A DNA stretch of 64,000 bases, taken from a virus. This document shows positions 49,275 to 58,738 of the stretch, one piece after another. How positions within the stretch are numbered: the stretch's first letter is position 1; every line of letters starts with the position of its first letter. Where the stretch lies: positions 41,364 to 105,363 of the IMG/VR virus record IMGVR_UViG_3300045988_039227. One strand, 5' to 3'. The notes beneath the pieces are model-generated. The model worked only from the letters and a program-made list of their open reading frames with translations. It did no database searches and was not told the DNA's origin. Position numbers and translations under genes: made by a program.

Positions 49275-52200
49275 TACTAAATTCTCCTACCCCTAATATG
49301 AACTACGTGATCTTCATATACATTATCCATATTATCTGTTACATTATCAGAAACTAAGAACATTTCGCTCTCATGTAGATTACTATCAGAGTATGCGCTA
49401 GTTAAATTCGGATAGGATGGAAGCCCTACTATACGTATGCCGCATTTGCCATTAGAAACGAATTCGACCGCTAAATCGCCCTCTTGTACATATGTCGAAA
49501 AATATGCCAGAGATTTAGATCCAATACCTATTCCGGTACCAATGCCAGTTCCAATATACAACTAAGCATCATTGTCTCTAACATTAGAGAAAAACTTAGT
49601 TTTGCTATCTGTTGATATTCTCAATCCAGACTAAGATTGTGAACCAGACTAGCTTTCTGATAAATAGTAAAGCTGCGCTATATTATTACCAGTTGTGTCA
49701 TTTATAAACATTCCAGAAGATACCGCTTTTGCGTTTGTATCAGGACCAGTATAAACGGTTTGTTCTTTTGTTGTTATACAGGTCTATCCATTAGGGTTAA
49801 TAAACGTTGCATCTGTTAAATTCGCCTTTTTTAAAACAACATTTTCAAGCGTTGCGTCATTAGCTTTCAAAACACCGGTACTTGTAACAGTGAATGGGGC
49901 CGTTGTTAAATTAGCGTCAGATATTTCTCCGGCCCATATACGAACATCGCCTTTTCCTTCAGTTGTAACCTTACCACTCAATGGTGACGATTCGTCTACG
50001 GCTTTACTAGATGTCATACCAGCAACTATCTTATCACCATCAAAAATAACAAGTTCGTTAGATGAAATTTCTTTTATAAACGCCTTATTAGCAATAACAA
50101 GATCAGCCACAACATTAGGAGATATAGTAAACGCTGAGAAATATGGAGCAGTATCAGGAGTTTTTTTCCATTGATCCTATTCTCCAAGATCAGTGTTCAC
50201 ACAAGCGTAATACATGTTATTATAAAGTACAACATCTTGATAGAATATACCATTTTCGGCATCTCTCTTTCCATCATAATATTTAAAGCCTTTATTCCAA
50301 TCGGTTGTTATCTATCCATCAACTTCTCTAGACATTCTTAAAGGTGAGCCTTTAAATGTTTGCCCAGTAGATGAATCTCCTGGATCTCCCTTTTTACCAG
50401 ATGCTGACACTGGGATAGCCATAGATGTAAGATATGCACCATTTTTGTTATAGGCATATATAGTGACAACACTAGACTTAGATTGTACTGTTGTATTTAC
50501 TGTGGCAACCCAATGATCAGAGCTATATTGTAAGTCTGTTTTATCATTTGAATTTAACTACAACCTTATATCAGCATCATTACCACCTACGCTACTTCCG
50601 TTTTTGTACAAATTAACATCGCAGCTCATCTGTAAGTTGTAATTCTAATCTGCTGGAGCATATGATAATGATATATTTGAAAGCTACAACTAATATGTTA
50701 CACCGTTCAATCCATCTATACCAGACTTAACGATTGGAACATATTCGCTTAATGTTATTGTTCCATTTGTAGCTTTAAATAACATTCCACTCTCACCCTC
50801 TGTTTGGATCTAATCTGTTGATATAGTATTCCATGAATCACCGTCATTTATACTATATGAGAACTACCAATCAGAGCTATTTGATGGAGTTATATTTGTA
50901 ATCTTTGAGCCATCACTCTTTGCAACATATACACTAATGAGATTTGGATACATTGCTCCATCTTGGAGATTAATAGCAGCAGCAGATGTTTTAATATCGT
51001 ACGAAATAGCATTATCTCCTGGTATACCATCAGCACCTCTAACAAGACCAAATAACTAAATTTCAGCCTATCTAACCTATGATGACACAGATGTAGATGT
51101 TGGAGTGCCGACAAGGATTATTTTATAATATATATCGTTGTCAAAAGATAAAGTATTCTCTGGTATGTTTATATTAACCTAATTTCCCTCTATTGTGAAA
51201 TACTGATCTTTGTTTGAGCTATAATCATTTCCTGCAGAATCAGTAAAAGAACCTATTGATAACGTAAAGTCAATTGGATCACCATCATTATACATATACG
51301 CCGTAGATGATGATTCAAATCTCTTATTCTTATTATCCTGTGTCAAATAAAGATATTTGTTCTCTCCGACAACATCCATGATAAGAGCACTTGCTATACC
51401 ATCTTTAGAATAATAACTCCACAATGCAGGACTAGAATAAGCGTGCCAATAAACATTTTCGCTACCAGCATCGGCATATTTCTTTCTTACGCAAACCCAC
51501 TGCTTATAACCAGGACCTTTCTTTTCTAAATCCTATGGATCATCAGTCCATTCAGAACCTTCCCTGATGTATTCGTTATTCTAAAAACCTTCGTCGTTAG
51601 TCCATGTTTCTGGGAGATTATGTGTTGGAGCAATCAATGCAGCGTAGTATATGTATTCTACTCCATCTCCATCCATACCATTCTATCCAAAGTGCGACCA
51701 TACAAATGGCTGGCTCCACTGAGGACTCCACTGTCCTTTAGTATTTATGGCTACCGAGCAATACTCATAAGGACGATCTTTAGTGACTCCATTTGGGTGA
51801 TCGGTCCATCCTTCTGGTACAACTGGAACGCCATCTTGTATAGATACATTTCCAGGACTATATATATTTTCTCCTTCAATAGCTGTTTTGTATATGAAGT
51901 TAACGCCACTACCATCTTCTCCTGCGGTACCGCTTCCTGTAAGACATATTGGATTTATATATTCTCCATACTAGCCATTACCGTTTATGAATACCTATGT
52001 CATCCATACGAGGTGACCTTCTCTGTAATTAGGGGCATTCTCCAGCCAACCAGAACCTTCCTCTGGTTGTCTATTATCAGCAGGTTTAGTTACAGATGTG
52101 ACTTTATTAGAAGTCTCTTTAAAATAAGACTTGTAGTATCCATACTTTGTAGGATCTACATCTGACCCACCTCCGCCAACAGGGATTTTTATATCACCGC

Positions 52201-52900
52201 CGTCTTCAATTGAATAATATATGTCATTTATAATTAATCTTGATAATGTGCCTTTTCTTATATAATTCTTAAGCTGGTCCTAAACATAGCTAACATCAAC
52301 ATAATTGCCAACTCCGCTACCTGATAAAGCAACCTCAAATTTACCGCCATTCTTCTGTATGAGAATAAGCTTATTATCTTTTATTGTAAATTCAGATATA
52401 GAGTAATCTTTTGCTATATCAGAATTTTTAAGCATATTATTTATCTCTGCTTTGGTATAATAGCTATCAGCATCAAACTTTGTATAATCTACTATTTTTA
52501 GATATGTAGAATCAGCGTAATCCTTTGTAACATATCCATCAAGCTTGATACTTTTGATGGCATCGTCTACATATTTCTTTTTAGCATAATCACCTAAGTT
52601 TAAATCAGCTATAGCACTAGCTATCAGCTTTGTTACCTCAAGTAATATCTCCTGCTTAATGGAACCACTTCCATCACCAGTTATTTCATTTAGCTGATCC
52701 TAGATATCTTTTAAAGCTTCTTTGCTAGCTTTATTATTCCATCCATCTCTCTCTTCCTGTGTTATATGAACAACTGTATCATTGATATGTTTACATAACC
52801 TAGAATAGATTGATGAATAGTACTGATCTACCTTTAGATCCAGTTCTCCAATTGGATCTCTATGGCAGTGTTTTTCTGGTTCAACACAAAAATCAATCAT
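49274..52900 (-). CDS. large fibre/spike protein (1208 aa)
   Basis: Frame 2 was checked codon by codon. ATG at 52900 (TAA at 52919 upstream), about 33 TAG. The terminal TAG at 49277 is followed directly by TAA at 49274..49276. It joins track ORFs 52700..52900, 51179..51424, 49784..50110 and 49277..49561. Confidence 0.75.
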
Positions 52901-52978
52901 ATTAATTCGTTTAAATTGTTAACAATTATAGTACTGTGGTGTCATTGAAGACCACGTCTAAAACGCCACAGTTATAGG

Positions 52979-53461
52979 TTAAATGAAGTTGTTCCAATCT
53001 ATTGCATCGTTTTTACCCATTACATCGGCAATGTATCTACAGAACTGTATACCTTCATATCCGTCTTCATCATTAGCTACAGCCATAGCATAATCTAAGC
53101 ACTATCTCTCATTAATCAATGATGGATAGAAATCAGCGTAAGCCATATTAGCTGTATATGTAATATCGTATATTGTAGACGTACTAGGTATGCTAATCTT
53201 ATTAACGTTTATAAGACTCTGTATCTAATCTGCTGTCCATGTGTGTGAAGTGCCGTTATAGTTTACCATCTACTTACAAGCATGCTCACATAACTTCTTG
53301 TTGAAATGCTTTCCATACTTGTCTATGTACTTATGATAATCTGTATCTTTGTAAGAACCAAAGGTAGCTGTATAGCTACCATCTTCATTCTGTTTTACAT
53401 TAGCAGCGTACTTTGTATCGTGCTAATCATCACTGTGCCGTATTACTATTACTTTGTGCAT
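52979..53461 (-). CDS. hypothetical protein (160 aa)
   Basis: Frame 2 was checked. ATG at 53461, 4 TAG, TAA at 52979..52981. It overlaps the 3' end of the preceding gene by about 30 nt. Confidence 0.6.
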
Positions 53462-53933
53462 GGCTAAAAGAATTAATAAAGTTATTAACAGTTGATTCCA
53501 TTCTACTTATAGACTCCTCTATCTTTGAGAATCTCTATTCGGTCTCTTTCTTCTCTTTATAGATAGGATTAAGCTCAGACAGTAATGCTGTCGTCTTATC
53601 TACTACCTCCTTCTGTTTAGGAACTGACTCAAGTATCTTTTCAGCAGTATTCTTCATCTGCTCTACTTCAGCCATAAGACCTTGCTTATCTGTAGACAAT
53701 ACTACATCTCCTGCGTATGTAACAGACAAGTTCTCTGGTATTGAGTATGTTGCTGTCTTTGAGTTAGCCTCTATGGTTACATCTACAACCATCTGAGACT
53801 AACCCATTGTAGGCTTTGTATTTAAGTCTAAATGCGGAAATCCAACTGATATAACCTTGCCATCTGTAATAGTTATATCCTGTTTATTCAGTATATATAC
53901 TGAATAGTTTTGTTTTACATCTTTAAATGCCAT
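53430..53933 (-). CDS. hypothetical protein (167 aa)
   Basis: Frame 0 was checked. ATG at 53933 (TGA at 53973 upstream), 2 TAG, TGA at 53430..53432. It contains track ORF 53535..53792. Confidence 0.6.
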
Positions 53934-53950
53934 AAGCTTTATCTTTATAT

Positions 53951-53973
53951 GTAAAGGCTCCCGAAGGAGCCCT
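53951..53973 (-). terminator. Rho-independent terminator
   Basis: On the minus strand GGCTCC-TTCG-GGAGCC forms a UUCG tetraloop hairpin followed by TTTAC. It lies just after the double TAA TAA stop of the 53991..54794 gene. Confidence 0.65.
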
Positions 53974-53990
53974 CACATAAATTAAACTTA

Positions 53991-54794
53991 TTAAGCTGTA
54001 GCAGTTGTCTTAAGTGCAGCAATCAAAGTAGCATTCTACTTCTGCTGTGACAATTCAAGGCGAGCATCATTGTATCTCTGCTACAAATCTGACTGCCAAT
54101 GATTGTTTAAAACGTCTACTATTCGCTGAGTATTGGTATTTGCGTTCGTCTTAAGATCGCAAGCCATCTAACTCATCTGGAAACCAAGGTTACTTGCAGC
54201 TCTCTCCAAACCTGAGTTTGTGTAGCTGAAACCTGTCTGCATCTGGTTAACGATGTCCTTCTGCCCAAGTTGATTCTCGTAGCCCATCTTGATAATGTTC
54301 TATTGCGTCTGGCAGCAGCAGTTCTGCAATGCAGATGTAAGGTTAGCATCTCCGAGATTAATAGCGTTAATAACGCGTTCTGCAGAGAAGTTTACATTAC
54401 CTGCTACTTCCTGGATACCGGACTTAACGCAGCAAATAGCATTATTCAATGCGTTGAAGTCACAGTTCAGGTTAGAGGCTAACTATGTAATTGCATTAGC
54501 ATTGCCTCTTATGGCATCCATTACCAATGAGCTATTCTGATTATCAGCGATCTGTGAACGCATTGCGTCGATCTGACTCTGGATTGCGTTGCCCTGGTTA
54601 CCATCCTGGTTGTTCCACATACGCATAGCGAAGATCATCCAGATAAGATAAGCAAATGGGTTATTCATATAATCATTCTAGTTCATCATGGCTGCCATAG
54701 CCATTGGATCACAGTTATTCTTAGAAGCCAAAGCGGCTACTAAAGCGTCGTTATTGTCGTGTCCTGTACAATAAACTTTCTCGATTGTATCCAT
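53991..54794 (-). CDS. hypothetical, probably highly expressed protein (267 aa)
   Basis: Frame 0 was checked codon by codon. ATG at 54794 (TAA at 54807 upstream), about 7 TAG, TAA TAA at 53991/53988. It contains track ORF 54483..54668. It is Asn/Gln/Cys-rich (..LQNCCCQT..), GC-richer than its flanks, and followed by a terminator. Confidence 0.65.
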
Positions 54795-54993
54795 AATTAA
54801 CAAGTTTTATAGTAAAACAATATGGAACTAGGACTGGAATAATCCTAGTCCCGTTTAATCTAAAAAGCGTATTACTACGCGAGCCCTAGTATATTCCATC
54901 TAGGGGTGATAAAGGTCCTACCGTAATACATGGTAGAATCTATTGTGCTAGGCGGGGCAGCGAACCCCGTCATGCTTTCATTAAGACCTAGCT

Positions 54994-57264
54994 TTATACA
55001 GCAGCTTCTGTATGCTTAGCTTCAAGTGCTGCAATACGAGCCTCAAGAGCTGCAATCTTTTCGTCATATACTGACTTTTGTACGTAGTTATTAATATCTA
55101 TAGTAGTTGCAGCAGATGTTAACACATGATTTGTATCGCCATTAGGAAGATATACACCATTAGTATTTAATGTTACTTGAGAATCAGCTATTGACAACTT
55201 TATACCATCATGCGGACTTATTTTAAAATCACTGGTACTATTATTGTATGGAACTGATATAGATATTAACTCTCCATTATTAGTCTGTGTAACTGCAGAT
55301 TTTTTCCCAATACGCAATCCGTCATAACTTAACTTAAAACCATTGCTATCATCACTAGTGCCTGACAAGCATTGTATTCCGCCAAGATATTCGTTAATCT
55401 CACAAGAGGCGTTTCCGTCTGAAAGCTTCATTACACTAGGAGTTATATTTACATAAGAAGTGTCGCTATTAGCTACTTTAACACCACTATATGGGTTAAT
55501 ATAAGCCATATGACCACTACCACAATCTATATAAAGAGGTTTGTCTGTCTAATACTTATCAGTTATACTAGTATCATATGGAATACCACTTGATTTATTA
55601 ATGTTTGTAATAGCAGTAGTATTGGCAGTAACCTTCTGTTCTACTGCAGTCAATGCTTCTATTGTAGCATATGGAGTAAAATCAATATCATCATCTGTTA
55701 TGAAGTTAGAGTCATTCGTAAGCTGACTAACCTTTGTAGGAACAGTAGGGAGTTCTGTCTTAAGCGCATATTGAGTTATATCTATAGTTCCTGAATTAGA
55801 TGTAAGAACATGGTTATTGTCTCCGTCTTTTAACGATATGCCCTACTTCTAAATGATAAGATCAACATTATGATTTCCAGTAGAATTAAATATTCTGAGG
55901 CCGTCTTCGTCGATATAAATATCTTTGTAGGCGTTTCGTATAGTTAAACCTTCAGTATTTAATTTGGCAGTATACCCATCTTTTTCAACAAGAATATTGC
56001 CCGGCTATAATGTGCTTCGATTATTTCCACTGGCATCGCTATATGCTTCAATATTATTACCTATTGTTCTTAAAGTTCTATCTGGTACGTAAGCCTGCTC
56101 ATACTGATCATCATAAGGAATATAATTGCCTGCATCCTACTTAGCACTAATAGCAGCATTCAGCGTATCAACCTGCTCATTAAGTGTAGTAGTATCAGCC
56201 TTCTGTGCAAGCTTATTATCAAGCTCTGTCTTAGCACTCTCTAAAGCTGTAGTATCAGCCTTAGTATTTATAAGGTTCTGAAGATATGCTTCCTGACCTT
56301 TAGCACGCTCAACCTCTGTATTAACAGCTTCATTGATAGCTTCTTCTGCGTTTGTAGCTCTAGATGTTTCATTCTGAATAGCGAGGGCATTATCACCTTC
56401 AACTTTCTTGGCTCTAGCTGCCTCTGCTGTAATCTCAGCCTTATTCTCTGCCTCTGCTGCCTTAGCTCTTGCGATCTCTTCGTTAAGGGCAACTGTAGTA
56501 GCCTTAGTAGCAATAGCATCATTAATAGCTGCATGTAAGTCATCGTTCTCATTAAGCTTATCAGCAATCTCCTTCAATGTATCATAAGCCTCTGGAGCTG
56601 CACCAACTACATCAGCAATAGCCTTTCTGAATGAACCTTCAGTTGTAGAGTCACCATTAATAACATCTACCTCAGCCTTAATCTCGTTCTCCTTAGCTGT
56701 AGCACGTGTTACCTCAGCATTAAGGTTATCCTTGATTGTATTGTCGTCGTTCTCACGCTTTGTAGCCTCAGCCTGTATGTCTGAATCAAGAGCATTCTCT
56801 CTAGCCTTAGCACGATTAACTTCAGCTGTAAGATCATTACGAAGCTGAGTATCAGCGTTTACTCTTTCCTGCTTCTCTGTATCGATGTTCTACTGAAGTG
56901 TATTGTCTCTTTCCTTTGACTCTCTTTCCTTCTGATCAATCTTCTCATCAAGAGTCTTATCACCCTGGATTCTATTAGCAGTCTCTTCCTCTGCTTTTTC
57001 CTAGAATACCTCAAAGCTCTGATCTGTAGCGTCTCTAAGATTATGGAGTTCATCTACTACTTCTTCAAGAGAATCGTGTTCGCTATCAACGTTGCCCTTA
57101 AGCTCGTCAAATGCCTGGATTACAGCATTAGCATCCATAATATCACCACGAACATATTCGCCAGCATGTTCGCCCATCAAGAGGTTAACTGTTCTTGTAC
57201 CAACATCTTTAGCGCCATGTACATAAACACCCTTCAAAGGTGTCTTAATAAACTTTTTCTTCAT
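54994..57264 (-). CDS. coiled-coil tail fibre protein (756 aa)
   Basis: Frame 1 was checked codon by codon. ATG at 57264, about 8 in-frame TAG (57001, 56890, 56137, 56005, 55846, 55843, 55549 ..), TAA at 54994..54996. It joins track ORFs 57001..57264, 56137..56577 and 54994..55509. There is a long Ala/Glu/Lys heptad region and a C-terminal AALEARIAALEAK helix. Confidence 0.8.
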
Positions 57265-57301
57265 TATATATAATGTCTAATTTGATATATGTGTTTAAAC
57301 A

Positions 57302-57331
57302 GTAAAAGGGAACTACCTTTCGGTAATCCCC
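57302..57331 (-). terminator. Rho-independent terminator after dut
   Basis: On the minus strand GGGGATTACC-GAAA-GGTAGTTCCC forms a 10-bp stem with a GNRA loop, followed by TTTTAC. Confidence 0.65.
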
Positions 57332-57345
57332 TTTATGTAAGCGAA

Positions 57346-57903
57346 TTAGGCCTATCCTTCACTTACCTCAGCACCATCTTGTGCCGCCGCTGGCTCTGGT
57401 ACGGACTCAACCTGTTCCTTAAGCTGTGACTGAGTTCCCGTAGCTGCGCTACATTCGTTTTCAGCTCCTGTGCCAGTAGAACCAAATCCACCTTCACCTC
57501 TCTCTGTTGATGAAAGTTCGGAAACTTCTGTGATTGTATACTCTGGTATAGGAACGATGACTAACTGACAGAAGCGCTCACCCTGCTTATAAATAGCAGG
57601 AACAGTATCAGTTGTAGCCTTCATAAATGCTACGATCTCGCCTCTAAAGTCACTGTCGATAACACCGACATTATCAGTAAGCCATAATGACTTCTTCCAA
57701 ATACTAGAGCGTGGTATAAGTAAACCAACATATCCGGCAGGAACCTCAACTGCCAATCCTGTATGGTAAACCAACATTAGCTGATTTGCTTCATTAAGAG
57801 CTGTTTCAATCTTAGTACAAGTCAAATCAATTCCTGCAGCACCTTTTGTGCCACGAATAGGGAGGATAGCGTTATCCTCAAGTCTCTTAAATTTTAACTC
57901 CAT
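57346..57903 (-). CDS. dut: dUTP diphosphatase (dUTPase) with acidic C-terminal extension
   Basis: All five dUTPase motifs are visible: AGIDL, IPRSS, GVIDSDFRGEI, RFCQLV and RGEGGFGSTG. There is no internal TAG. The ORF reaches TAG at 57352, then GCC, then TAA at 57346..57348, giving 183 aa to the TAG or 185 aa to the TAA. Confidence 0.9.
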
Positions 57904-57927
57904 AGTATTCTTTAATATTTATTATTG

Positions 57928-57999
57928 TTACCCCACCAGGATTCGAACCCAGACTAAGAGGGTTAGAGCCTCCTGTGCTAGCCGTTACACCATAGGGCA
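57928..57999 (-). tRNA. amber suppressor tRNA, anticodon CUA (probably Gln-accepting)
   Basis: A hand-folded 72-nt cloverleaf on the minus strand. Acceptor TGCCCTA/TGGGGTA; D arm GTGT-AACGGCTA-GCAC; anticodon arm GGAGG-CTCTAAC-CCTCT (U33, CUA, A37); variable TAGT; T arm CTGGG-TTCGAAT-CCTGG; discriminator A. U1:A72 and the GGUGUAACGGCUAGCAC D arm resemble Gln/Glu-type tRNAs (from memory). Confidence 0.85.
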
Positions 58000-58104
58000 A
58001 TATTGTAGAAGCTCACCTTAGGCTATCGAGCTTTTTATGTGCCTAAAACTACTTTGTTGCGAAGACTCGATTCGAACGAGTGACCTCAAGGTTATGGATT
58101 AAGA

Positions 58105-58178
58105 TGCGGAAGTAGGATTCGAACCTACGTAGAACAGCTTATGAGACTGTGCTGGAACCACCTCCAGTCTATTCCGCG
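58105..58178 (-). tRNA. tRNA-like element with CAU anticodon loop, non-canonical D region
   Basis: On the minus strand: CGCGGAA-TAGA-CTGG-AGGTGGTT-CCAG-C-ACAGT-CTCATAA-GCTGT-TCTAC-GTAGG-TTCGAAT-CCTAC-TTCCGCA. The T arm, anticodon arm and acceptor are good (again with C1*A72). Two extra nucleotides lie between the acceptor and D stems. It overlaps the 3' end of the endonuclease ORF. Confidence 0.5.
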
Positions 58179-58594
58179 ATGTTAATCTTATTTAAAATGG
58201 AATCAAGCTTATAATCACTTGCCAAGTTTATATTGTAATAACAATCACTTGGATAATCTAGTCTAAATGTCATGCTGTTTACGACATCGCCAGTTACAGG
58301 AACCATGTACACAACACCGTTTACGATTGTTGCTATAAAATCAACTTGATCTTTTGTATAAGTTTTTGATACGGATCCATTAGCACTCGATCGCTTATTT
58401 TTAAACGGAATTGTAAATCGCTTTGCGTCTAGCATGTGTGCCGTTTTTATTTGGATTCTATATCGTTTATTTTTAAAATCGAATATACAATCATATCTAG
58501 CATTGTTCCCGTAGGGAATACTAACTATTCCGTATTTCATTAATTCAGCAATAACAAGTAATTCTGTTATACTTCCGTTCTGTTTATAATCCAT
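58139..58594 (-). CDS. PD-(D/E)XK homing-endonuclease-like protein (141 aa to TAG at 58169; 151 aa to TAA at 58139)
   Basis: Track ORF 58169..58594. The pattern GSITELLVIAELMKYGIVSIPYGNNARYDCIFDFKNKRYRIQIKT ... VDFIATIV...VYMVP matches my memory of the group-I-intron-associated PD-(D/E)XK endonuclease family (the I-Ssp6803I type), with D..(Q)IK in the catalytic position. There is no internal TAG. Confidence 0.6.
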
Positions 58595-58656
58595 ATTTAA
58601 TCATTTTTAATGAGCCTTGCGAGCTACCAACTGCTCCACTTCGCGATAAATTATTG

Positions 58657-58738
58657 ACCCGTCACATCGAATCGAACGACGGCCTACTGTGGGCTTAGGA
58701 TCCTTACCACAGGGGTGCTACCACTACACCATGACGAG
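58657..58738 (-). tRNA. tRNA-like gene with expanded 14-nt anticodon loop
   Basis: 82 nt on the minus strand. Acceptor CTCGTCA/TGACGGG; D arm GTGT-AGTGGTA-GCAC; T arm CGTCG-TTCGATT-CGATG. The anticodon arm is a 6-bp stem CTGTGG/CCACAG closing the loop TAAGGATCCTAAGC, and no standard U33-anticodon-R37 reading is possible. Confidence 0.45.

Larger units (their letters stand above)
58094..58609 (-). mobile_element. 516-bp insertion in the tRNA anticodon loop (intron-like or homing-endonuclease cassette)
   Basis: It lies exactly between anticodon-loop nucleotides of the split tRNA. CAT is present at both junctions (58610..58612 and 58094..58096). It carries the endonuclease-like ORF and a tRNA-like element. 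Only about 15 nt at the 5' side and about 75 nt at the 3' side are non-coding. Confidence 0.6.
58057..58645 (-). tRNA. split initiator-like tRNA(CAU) gene: 5' half 58610..58645, 3' half 58057..58093
   Basis: The 5' half is CGCGAAG-TG-GAGC-AGTTGGTA-GCTC-G-CAAGG-CTCAT. The 3' half is AA-CCTTG-AGGTC-ACTCG-TTCGAAT-CGAGT-CTTCGCA-A. Joined, they form a perfect cloverleaf with anticodon loop CTCATAA, a C1*A72 mismatch and an A11:U24 pair. Both are hallmarks of bacterial initiator tRNA, although the three G:C pairs of the anticodon stem are missing. The halves are separated by 516 nt. Confidence 0.75.

Noticed and set aside
49500-49561. The GTGIGTGIGIG repeat at the start of track ORF 49277..49561 as a separate small gene.
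   Set aside because: It is simply the C-terminal part of the 1208-aa read-through protein. The track ORF starts at an internal TTG.
1-57264. The many short same-strand ORFs could be read as a decayed, pseudogenised prophage or as sequencing frameshifts.
   Set aside because: The fragments of each gene stay in one frame and are separated only by TAG, never by TAA/TGA or frame changes. A cognate CUA tRNA is encoded nearby.
58000-58056. A possible additional tRNA in the spacer between the split tRNA and the suppressor.
   Set aside because: Only short hairpins are present (TTAGGC...GCCTAA). There is no T loop, D loop or acceptor pairing.
58094-58609. A canonical self-splicing group I intron in the tRNA anticodon loop.
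   Set aside because: No junction choice gives an intron ending in G. Only about 90 nt are non-coding, far below a group I core. It is kept as an open question in the findings rather than called as a group I intron.
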